Assembly: GCA_038215615.1 (NCBI GenBank)
Contig: JBBQQR010000034.1
Coordinates: 1-12,089, forward strand
Reading direction: 5' to 3'
Length of the DNA: 12,089 nt
DNA from: Vulcanimicrobiales bacterium
Lineage (GTDB): Bacteria > Vulcanimicrobiota > Vulcanimicrobiia > Vulcanimicrobiales > Vulcanimicrobiaceae
Shown here: positions 1-7,129 of the stretch, piece after piece
Layout: each line of letters starts with the position of its first letter
Numbering within the stretch: position 1 is the first letter of the stretch
The notes under the pieces: generated by a model
Database searches by the model: none
What the model was told of the DNA's origin: nothing
What the model saw: the letters and a program-made list of their open reading frames with translations, nothing else
Translations under genes and position numbers: made by a program

Positions 1-59
1 GCAAAATCGCGCGATGAACGCTTGGCAAACGGGATCGGTTCGGGGTAAACTTGTTTCAT
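1..59 (-). CDS. N-terminus (partial) of putative transposase, MKQVYPEPIPFAKRSSRDF...
   Basis: ATG at 59-57 with AAGGAG (72-67) upstream; frame open to window edge. Only 19 codons visible, so product is inferred from IS-like context. Confidence 0.45.
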   Translation of the reverse strand, partial: MKQVYPEPIPFAKRSSRDF

Positions 60-138
60 GGCGTAACTCCTTAAGGTGTAAGTAATCTTGGAGTTACGCC
101 GCTTTTATTTTAAAGTCCCCGATTTTCGGGACGACCTC
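1..138 (-). mobile_element. Probable left end of an insertion sequence (family uncertain), transposase start pointing off the left edge
   Basis: Minus strand reads GAGGTCGTCCCGAAAATCGGGGAC...GGCGTAACTCC-N19-GGAGTTACGCC-ATG: IS-like terminus, AT-rich tract, perfect 11-bp inverted repeat (60-70/90-100) overlapping an AAGGAG RBS just before ATG. Sits exactly where the adjacent membrane gene loses its N-terminus. Other end and target duplication are outside the window; exact terminus uncertain by a few bp. Confidence 0.55.
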
Positions 139-143
139 CCGGC

Positions 144-1466
144 TTGATGACCTGGGCTTTCTTCGCGACCTGTTTGTCTCTAGCTGCTCCTACCGAATTA
201 GCCAATCTGGTTTCGCTGCCGGTTCTCCGGAATTTCACGCCTTTGTCAAGCGTGTTTTATTACATCAACTACACCGTGCAGCTTGGCATTGCGGGCTTGC
301 CTATTTTCTTGCTGCGTTTTCCGCACAACAGCGCACCCGGATGGCGACGACCGGTTCTCATCTTCGCGCTATGCACCGTACCATGGGTCTTGCCGTTGAT
401 CTTCTTTGCTATCCAGACAGATGCGGCGCTAGAAAAAGGGCCGCTTCTGAAAAGCGTTATCTTTCTGATTTCATTTATCATACTTGCGGTCATGGGCGTT
501 CAGGCTCGTGGTGCCGACCGGAAACGCTTGCAATGGGTTATCGTGGGCGTAGCCGCTGCAATCATAGCGGCGCTACTTCAAAACGCGCCCTTATTTTCTG
601 GCATGGCCAGCCCTGGCTATTCCTTCATCACTTTGTCCGGAAACATTGTCTCCTTTGTCTCCTCGTTACTGTACGCCCTGATGCCGATCTGTATTTTCTA
701 TGCAATTATAAAGCATCGCGTCATCGACGTCCGATTCATTGCCAACCGCAGCATCGTTTTTGGAATCATGTTGATGCTTTTCACTGGAGCCTTTGCCGGA
801 TTGGATTGGCTCTTTTCGGCGTACGTGTACCAGTCGCAAGCACAAATTGCTATCGGCATGGCGGTTGCTGTCGCCCTAGGCTGGGCGATTCGTAGCTGGC
901 GAAAGCCATGCATAGATTTCGTCGACCGAATCCTTTTTCCGAAAAGTCACGCCGGCCTCGCTGCACTGCATGACCTTCGGCTTACCCTGGAACGCGAATC
1001 TTCGCAAGGAAACGTTCGAGAGGTTCTGACAAAGACAGCACCGGCCGCGCTACAACTGGCTTCGGCTGCTATTTTCGCACGTGCTGCGGACGGAGGGTTC
1101 ATTCGGGAGACGGAATTCGGTTGGGGCGCGGGGACGGCGTGGCACTTGTTTGCCGGCGATCCTGTGGTCGACAGTATTTCAGCACGCCGCGCAAAACCGT
1201 TTCGCGTTGAAGACCCAATGTGGGCCGGAGTGAACGTTCCAACGGGACTCGCGTCACCCGTTCTTGCCATACCGTTAATTGCGCACCGAAAGGTTATTGC
1301 ATTGATCTTTTACGGCGCTCACGCAAACGGCGCCGACATAAACCCGGACGAAGAGCGGCTGCTTGTCGAACTTTGCGTGGCCGCTGCGCCTGCGTTCGAT
1401 CAACGCGAAACGAGTGGAATCGGCGCCTTACCGGCTTTGGCGGCTGACGCGACGCGTACGGTGTGA
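144..1466 (+). pseudogene. N-terminally truncated multi-TM membrane protein with C-terminal GAF-like domain (paralog of 8034..9776)
   Basis: 440-aa ORF begins mid-TM region (PGLMTWAFF) with no RBS and an in-frame TAA at 111-113; shares RKRLQWV, YAIIKHRVIDVRFIANRSIVFG, DFVDRILF and GAHANGADINPDEERLL motifs with the 580-aa paralog but lacks its first TM and PDZ-like domain. Confidence 0.7.
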
Positions 1467-4438
1467 TAATATGCACTGCGTTTAGCCGCCCGGTCGTATA
1501 TTGCGAGCTCACCGGCTTCTCGCGCCGCTGTGGCGAGCCGCCCGAATGCCCGATCGCAATCGAGCAACAGGCGCTGGGCATTTTCTTCCAGCTTATCCAG
1601 CGCTCTACGCAAAGCGGTCCGCGTCGGTTGCACGCGCGCTCGAGTTAGCTCGGAACAGTCACTCCAGCCGATAATTCCGATCGTAAGGCTTGATGCGTCC
1701 AACGTCGCTGCGCTGGCCACGGCGGCTTCGCCGTCTCCAGATGCTCCGCGTTGGAGTAGCGCATCTGTTTCGAGCATCACCAGGGCAGTGGCGCACGGCG
1801 GCACCTTCGCGATGGATTCAACCGATCGGCACTTCCTTACGGCTGTTAAAACGGCGTCCGGGTCGCCGCGTTCACGGGCAACAATTCCCTGCAGGTAAAG
1901 ACTTGTAAAAAACGTTAATGGCGAAGATTCGAAAGCGATTGCAATCTGCGCGTTTGCCAGCGCGGAGTCCAGTTGATCGGTCAGATAATCATACGACGCC
2001 TGAATGCAACGTAGTTCCGCTTCAGCGGACTTCCCAATGCGTTCGGCTGCCGGCAATGCGTTCCTCAAGCCACTCGCCGCGGCATCGAAGTGCCACTGAT
2101 AAATTTGAGCTTTCAGCAGATGAGTCGTAGCCGTCCACTCTGTCGCAACATCATCATGCTGCTGAGCTAAAGAATGTGCTTCGCGTGCTAGCGCGACGCT
2201 GTCGGCGGCTGCACCGTTGATAAGCATCGCTGTCGCCGCTTGGACTAATGCCTTCCCACGAGCGCGCGGGTCACCGGCGTCGCGAGCGATTTCAGCGGCC
2301 TCCAGAGCGTCTCTCAACTGCCGGGGTCCGTCCGCGAGGCTTCCATGCAACGCGGCACGTCCAGCCAGGGCACGAACTATCTCGATTGCTTGTTCGCTCG
2401 CGCGAGCTTGACGTACAGCTTCGTCGGCTGCTTCCAAGGCCTGAGCGGTTTCTCCCAACAATGTTGCCGCTTCTGCGCGAATTCGCGCAAGGGCGGAAAG
2501 TACAACGTTGATTTCGCGGTTTGCCGCGACTCGTTCCATGATAAGCGCGCCGTCGCGACAACACTCAATCGCGTCATGATACGCGTGACGTTTTAGCGCT
2601 GCCTGGGCCGCCGCGAGATACGCCTGCGCAGCCGAAAAATTCAAACCAGCAGCTTGCGAGTGCCGCGCCAAACGCAACATAGCTTCAGGAAGGTCGCTAC
2701 GTTCGAAGCGGTACGCGAAGGCGCGATGAAGTCCAACTCGACGCCCCGGATTTAAGACGCAGGCGGAAACTTCTCGCAAAAGATCGTGGACGAAACTGAA
2801 CTGCGCATGCTCGCTTCCTTCACGGATGAGGCCGTAGCGAGTCAGCTCATCGAGCCCATCGAGAACGCGCGCTTCCGAATACTCCAACGCAGCGGCGAGA
2901 TCCTCGGCGGTGGCCGAAGGTTCCAAGGCGAGCGCACACGCCACGACGGCTGCATCCTCTCCAGCTGCATGCAAACGCGTTTCAATGGAGGTACGTAAAT
3001 CCCGTGGGAGTTCGATATGTTCGCGCAACTGACGCACGACGCGCCAGCGTCCACGATCTCGGCGGACCGCATCGCCTTGCACTAAAGACTGCAGCAGCGA
3101 CTTTAGGAACAACGGATTTCCACCCGACCTATCGTACAGCACATCGGCAAATTCGGGCGTTATAGAATCGATTGTCAGAGCAACCGCGGCGCCAACATCG
3201 GCACGTTCCAGCGGACGAAGTGTAACGACTTCGTGTGAAATTCCGGATAACGCTACCTCGATTCGCTCGCGCGCTTCGGGCCGCACGGCAGCAATGACGG
3301 CATGGCCGGACTCTTTTGCGACCCGAACGATCTGCGTAAAAATTGCGAACGAATCACCGGTTAGCTCTTGGGCATCATCCACGAAAAGAACCGCCGGCTT
3401 TCCGAAGCCTTCAACGATGTCGCGCGCAGCCGCGGTTGTAATTTCAACGGAAGGGCCCTCGGCAAGCTGGTCGAGGTCGCGCCCGGTAAGCCGTTGATAA
3501 AGGCCGCGCCACGATCCGAGCGGGCGTGGATCGTCGCCGCCGCGAACCAGTAGAGACCGTAATCCTGCTTCTCGCGCAATTTCACTCGCCCGGGCGAGCA
3601 GTGACGTCTTGCCGATGCCCGGCTCACCCCCGACGAGCGCAACGAAACCTTCTCTGCCGATTTGTTCTTGAAAGACGCTGGTGAATCGTTGCAGTTCTTC
3701 CGTTCGCGCAACGAACGGCACGCTGATTTCGCCGCCGCCGATGGGGAGATCGACAACGCCCTCACAACGTTCCTCGATAGCTGCGGAAACCTCGGAACCT
3801 ATTTGCGCCATGGCCGCGCGATAGCGTTTTAGGAGCTCTCCGGCAGCCGTGGGGCGGTCGGCAGCGAGCTCGACGTCGATTAAGCACTCGTATGCATCTT
3901 TATTGAAAGGGTTACGCTCCAGCAGCCGGCGGGCCGCTTGAGCGTCTTTGTTCTGCGCAACAATTTTTGCCAGAGCTTTCTCGTAGGCGCTTGCGACACG
4001 CTCGCGTTCGCTAACGGCCCACTCCTCGTATCCGCCTTCCAAGAAGTCGCCACCGTAGAGCTGAAGGGCTGCATCGAGGCTCGCTAAGTCATCGCGCTCG
4101 CTCAGCTCGACGAAACGTTCCGCATCGAAGTCGGTCGAGCCGCACCATCTCACGATCGACTTGTTCGCATAGAGGATCGCGTCGGGATCGTTCTGAGTAC
4201 TTCGCAACGCGTGCCGCACAGTTGAGAGAGCCGTACGCAGCCCTTCACGAGCACGTTTAGCTTCGAACTCGCTCCAAAATAATTCGAGCAGCCGCTCTCG
4301 TGAAATATCGTGGCCGCGGTTTCCGACGAGAAAAGCTACAAGGGCCCTTGCTTTATGAGTCGGGAGCGGCGGCACAACACAATCGCCGATCACCAGCTCA
4401 AAGTTGCCAAGCGTTTTTAGTGTCGAGCGCAACTCCAT
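1400..4438 (-). CDS. SARP/AfsR-like transcriptional activator: wHTH + BTAD + STAND AAA ATPase + TPR-like helical repeats
   Basis: N-terminal KARALVAFL...SRERLLELFW...LRTALSTVR (OmpR-type wHTH), DFLEGGYEEWAVSERERV/LLERNPF (BTAD), PFVARTEEL, Walker A GGEPGIGKT, Walker B LFVDDAQ, SGGNPLF, FVHDLLRE, Ala-rich helical C-terminus. Confidence 0.9.
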   Translation of the reverse strand: MELRSTLKTLGNFELVIGDCVVPPLPTHKARALVAFLVGNRGHDISRERLLELFWSEFEAKRAREGLRTALSTVRHALRSTQNDPDAILYANKSIVRWCGSTDFDAERFVELSERDDLASLDAALQLYGGDFLEGGYEEWAVSERERVASAYEKALAKIVAQNKDAQAARRLLERNPFNKDAYECLIDVELAADRPTAAGELLKRYRAAMAQIGSEVSAAIEERCEGVVDLPIGGGEISVPFVARTEELQRFTSVFQEQIGREGFVALVGGEPGIGKTSLLARASEIAREAGLRSLLVRGGDDPRPLGSWRGLYQRLTGRDLDQLAEGPSVEITTAAARDIVEGFGKPAVLFVDDAQELTGDSFAIFTQIVRVAKESGHAVIAAVRPEARERIEVALSGISHEVVTLRPLERADVGAAVALTIDSITPEFADVLYDRSGGNPLFLKSLLQSLVQGDAVRRDRGRWRVVRQLREHIELPRDLRTSIETRLHAAGEDAAVVACALALEPSATAEDLAAALEYSEARVLDGLDELTRYGLIREGSEHAQFSFVHDLLREVSACVLNPGRRVGLHRAFAYRFERSDLPEAMLRLARHSQAAGLNFSAAQAYLAAAQAALKRHAYHDAIECCRDGALIMERVAANREINVVLSALARIRAEAATLLGETAQALEAADEAVRQARASEQAIEIVRALAGRAALHGSLADGPRQLRDALEAAEIARDAGDPRARGKALVQAATAMLINGAAADSVALAREAHSLAQQHDDVATEWTATTHLLKAQIYQWHFDAAASGLRNALPAAERIGKSAEAELRCIQASYDYLTDQLDSALANAQIAIAFESSPLTFFTSLYLQGIVARERGDPDAVLTAVRKCRSVESIAKVPPCATALVMLETDALLQRGASGDGEAAVASAATLDASSLTIGIIGWSDCSELTRARVQPTRTALRRALDKLEENAQRLLLDCDRAFGRLATAAREAGELAIYDRAAKRSAYYHTVRVASAAKAGKAPIPLVSR

Positions 4439-4575
4439 CGGCGCGACTTCGAGGTCGAAAGGGGGACGCGCCTGCCATCGGTAGGCAGAAAAGAACCGTC
4501 GTTACATCGCTCTAGTAGCTAGAACTTTAAGTTGTTTTGGAAAAAGCCTGAAACGGCTTGGAGAAACCCGCCACC

Positions 4576-4605
4576 TGACAAGCGTGCGACAATCGCCTAT
4601 AGCGT
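4576..4605 (+). promoter_or_regulatory. Candidate SARP-type activator site and -10 box
   Basis: TGACAAG-CGTG-CGACAAT: GACAA repeated with 11-bp period (4577-4581, 4588-4592) followed by TAGCGT (4600-4605, TAnnnT); located in the divergent region upstream of a SARP-family gene. Confidence 0.4.
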
Positions 4606-4667
4606 CGTCAAAGCTCCCTTCGAATGAACGACTTGTGCGTCAACAAAATCGCGGTTCGCCATTTTGC

Positions 4668-4798
4668 CCCGTGCAAACGTAGTGCCATCCTGAGGTATCG
4701 AAGGGCCCCTGAGTAGGCCGTAGAGCGACCGGAGAGCTCATTTTCCGGTTTTTACGATGAGTTTTTGCAGCGCGGCTACCCTTTGCACGGGCCCCTAG
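4668..4798. repeat. MITE-like element / structured region bounded by inverted repeats
   Basis: CCCGTGCAAA (4668-4677) and TTTGCACGGG (4782-4791) are a perfect 10-bp IR with imperfect inward extension (GTAG/CTAC); internal ACCGGA/TCCGGT stem (4728-4749); GGGCCCCT at 4703-4710 and 4789-4796; right end followed by CTAG. Confidence 0.4.
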
Positions 4799-4812
4799 AA
4801 GCCTCGTCCTCC

Positions 4813-4859
4813 CTTTCGGCTGTTGCAGACCCTTGAGTCTGCTGAAAAAGCCCTGAAAG
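4813..4859. repeat. Imperfect palindrome resembling two abutted IS-type ends
   Basis: GCAGAC (4825-4830)/GTCTGC (4837-4842) core stem, extended by GGCT/AGCC and CTTTC/GAAAG. Confidence 0.3.
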
Positions 4860-4948
4860 CTGTGACGCGTTCTTTGAAGGCGCAGGTCCTATCATGAAAC
4901 TCCGGGCACCCGCTTTGGTCGCGCGAGATTTTTTGGGGGAGAGCCAAT

Positions 4949-5026
4949 ATGAAGCGACTTGGACTTTTCACTGGTTCGAGCCTTGGTTCGAATAGGCCCA
5001 ACGCCCTGAGTCGCCACTCTACGTGA
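4949..5026 (+). CDS. Small ORF / gene relic, 25 aa MKRLGLFTGSSLGSNRPNALSRHST
   Basis: GGGGGAGAG RBS-like sequence (4935-4943) before ATG; begins like a signal peptide (MKRLGLF) then loses hydrophobicity. Confidence 0.3.
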   Translation: MKRLGLFTGSSLGSNRPNALSRHST

Positions 5027-5043
5027 CAATTGGAGACGCAGTA

Positions 5044-5145
5044 ATGAAATTTCGGTTTTTTTCACTCGTGCGTGTAGCTGCACTGGGCGGCCTGCTCACA
5101 CTCGCTAGTTATGCCACGAAGCCTGCGCCGTCGCCTTTCATTTAG
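5044..5145 (+). pseudogene. 33-aa signal-peptide-only ORF (MKFRFFSLVRVAALGGLLTLASYATKPAPSPFI), probable truncated lipoprotein gene
   Basis: GGAG at 5032-5035; basic N-region, hydrophobic H-region, LAS-Y at the lipobox position (TAT is one base from TGT Cys), Pro-rich tail then TAG. Confidence 0.45.
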
Positions 5146-5164
5146 TCGGGCCTTGGAGAGTCAA

Positions 5165-6634
5165 ATGCGCTCAACTTCGCACACACGTTGGTTTGGCTTC
5201 ATACTTGCTTTGTCGCTCGCAGCATGTTCGGGCGGCTCTCACGTTACGCCAGCGGCACCGACTATCGGCTTGCCACGAACTTCGCAATCCGTATTGGGTC
5301 AGGCCGTATTCGTAACACCGAACAGCCTGCAATTCTCCTCGCCAAGTGCGGCGGCTCAAACGTTCATCGGCACTCAAGACTTTTCTGGCGACCAAACCGC
5401 GGTTGTTTCTACGCCAGCCTGTGCAACCGTTTCGCCGACATTTGCTCCGGCCACAGTTGATCCGACAACCGGCGGACAAAAAACGGTGACCTACACCGTA
5501 ACGCCGATTCGCGCAGGCACCTGTACCATCACCGTTACCGATAAGAAGGGCGACACGGCAGTCGTTACGATAGGTGTAAGCTCCGGCGCTGAGTTCATTT
5601 ATATCCCCGAAGACCAAGCACTAATTGCTGCCTATACCGTCGACATGAGCAGCGGTGCACTGACGCCAGTGGCGGGCTCGCCGTTTAGTGTGCCAGGGGC
5701 CATCGGCTGGTTTACCCCCACCATGGTAGCAGTCGATCCTTATGGCAAATTCGCCTATACGGGCAGCGTAGAGGGGGTTTTCGCTTACACGATCAACGCG
5801 GCCAGCGGTGCGCTCACGCTGGTATCGGGCTCGCCATTTCCGGCGCCAGGTGGCGCCGAGGGCGTGGTAGTTGATCCGACGGGAAAGTTCGTCTATGCGG
5901 GCGCAGACGGAGGTAGCGGTGTCAGCGCATATACAATCAACGCGACGAGTGGGGCACTGACGCCAGTCCCGGGGTCACCGTTCGCGGGAGACCCCGGGAG
6001 TTCATTTTGGGCCATGGCAGCCACTAGCAAGTTCCTCTATGTCGTCGACGACAACGGCGGCACGGTTTTCGCTTATACGATCAACGCGACGAGTGGGGCG
6101 CTAACGCCGGTGGCGGGGTCGCCGTTTGGAACGCCCTTAGGCTGTGGACAGAGCGTGGCAGTTGATCCTTCAGGCAAGTTTGCCTATGTGATAAACTCCG
6201 GCTGCGGCCTCGAGCCAGGTCTTTTTGCATATTCCATTAACCCGACGAGCGGCGCGCTGACGCAGGTGGCCGGGTCACCGTATTCGGGTAGTAATGGCGT
6301 GGTGGTCGATCCTACGGGCAAATTCGCCTATGCGACTGGTTCTGGTGTGCCTCAAGTTGATGTTTTCGGCTATACCATCAACACGGCGAGTGGCGCACTG
6401 ACGCCCGCGGCGGGGTCGCCCTTCGTGGCCGGTATCAGTCCAACGGGCGTGGCAGTTGATCCTTCAGGTAAGTTCGCCTATGTGATGAACACCACCGGCG
6501 TCCATGTCGGCGACGGTGCTACTTTCGCCTATTCCATTAATCCGACAACCGGTGCACTGACGCCAGTGACGGGGTCGCCGTTTGCACTGGGTTTCTTTCC
6601 AAATTTTGGCGTAGCCATAGCGCGACCGCGGTAA
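5165..6634 (+). CDS. Lipoprotein: Ig-like domain + 7-bladed lactonase-like (YbhE/Pgl-fold) beta-propeller
   Basis: Start moved from 5111 to ATG 5165 (GGAGAG at 5155-5160); signal MRSTSHTRWFGFILALSLAAC with LAAC lipobox; Thr-rich beta domain with Cys pair (CATVSP...GTCTITVTD); seven repeats of AY[TS]IN.TSGALTPV.GSPF interleaved with V.VDP.GKFAY. Confidence 0.88.
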   Translation: MRSTSHTRWFGFILALSLAACSGGSHVTPAAPTIGLPRTSQSVLGQAVFVTPNSLQFSSPSAAAQTFIGTQDFSGDQTAVVSTPACATVSPTFAPATVDPTTGGQKTVTYTVTPIRAGTCTITVTDKKGDTAVVTIGVSSGAEFIYIPEDQALIAAYTVDMSSGALTPVAGSPFSVPGAIGWFTPTMVAVDPYGKFAYTGSVEGVFAYTINAASGALTLVSGSPFPAPGGAEGVVVDPTGKFVYAGADGGSGVSAYTINATSGALTPVPGSPFAGDPGSSFWAMAATSKFLYVVDDNGGTVFAYTINATSGALTPVAGSPFGTPLGCGQSVAVDPSGKFAYVINSGCGLEPGLFAYSINPTSGALTQVAGSPYSGSNGVVVDPTGKFAYATGSGVPQVDVFGYTINTASGALTPAAGSPFVAGISPTGVAVDPSGKFAYVMNTTGVHVGDGATFAYSINPTTGALTPVTGSPFALGFFPNFGVAIARPR

Positions 6635-6645
6635 ATGACACGCAC

Positions 6646-6682
6646 AGGGGCCCGGCTTTTTGCCGGGCTCTTATTGTTTTTT
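6646..6682 (+). terminator. Rho-independent terminator of the propeller lipoprotein gene
   Basis: GGGCCCGGC-TTTTT-GCCGGGCTC stem-loop (6648-6670) followed by TTATTGTTTTTT, starting about 12 nt after the TAA. Confidence 0.8.
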
Positions 6683-6908
6683 CGCCCGGTTTGCTAATAA
6701 TTTAAGGTCCGGCTTAGTTCGGAGTCCCGCGCCGTACAGCTCGGGGTGTAAGAGCCGCGCGGCTGTAACGCACAGTGCCCGAGGAGCTAAAACCTAGGAC
6801 CCCGTCGGTCACTTGTATCTATTTAATCCTGTCTTTAACTATCGACATAGTATCTTGGACCGCGTCAGGCTTTGACTCGATGGCGAGGATCCACATCATT
6901 CCGTAGAG

Positions 6909-7031
6909 CGAATCGCGATCACCATGGATCTTTACTCCCACGTCACTCCGTCGCTTCAAGCCGAGGCGGCGAGCAAGCTCGACATCATTTTACGGGCGGC
7001 GACGGCAGGGTCAAAACGGGCTACCGCGTAG
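6909..7031 (+). pseudogene. C-terminal remnant of a tyrosine recombinase/integrase
   Basis: Translates RIAITMDLYSHVTPSLQAEAASKLDIILRAATAGSKRATA*, matching the (LGHS.)IAIT.D.YSHV.P..Q.EAA..LD catalytic-Tyr tail of phage/ICE integrases; in-frame TGA at 6873-6875 and no upstream integrase body. Not in the ORF track. Confidence 0.85.
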
Positions 7032-7034
7032 CTC

Positions 7035-7129
7035 AGGTGACCAAAAGGTGACCAAAACGGGTTCGACCGGGACTCGACGAAGAAGGCTCGCGCGAGAAAA
7101 CCCTTATAGAATCAGGCGGTTAGACACAC
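7035..7129 (+). mobile_element. att-site arm region: tandem arm-type repeats and IHF-consensus site
   Basis: AGGTGACCAAA x2 (7035-7056) immediately after the integrase stop; AATCAG-GCGG-TTA (7110-7122) matches WATCARnnnnTTR; directly abuts the tRNA. Confidence 0.65.

Noticed and set aside
4441..4490. Two small hairpins with GAAA/GGGACGC, superficially like a c-di-GMP-I riboswitch
   Set aside because: Lacks the GGCAAAC and GCAAAGC/receptor elements; stems are short and compatible with chance in GC-rich DNA.
5111..5164. ORF-track start MPRSLRRR... for the lipoprotein (possible Tat-like RR)
   Set aside because: No RBS, overlaps the 33-aa mini-ORF; ATG 5165 has GGAGAG and yields a normal lipoprotein signal peptide.
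5620..6590. Periodic DNA repeats as a CRISPR array or DGR template
   Set aside because: Repeats are degenerate at synonymous positions and in frame within a protein; no cas or reverse transcriptase gene, and differences are not adenine-specific.
6740..6787. Minus-strand LLGHCALQPRGSY resembling an integrase box II
   Set aside because: Immediately preceded by a stop, lacks the conserved Thr and other context; likely coincidence.
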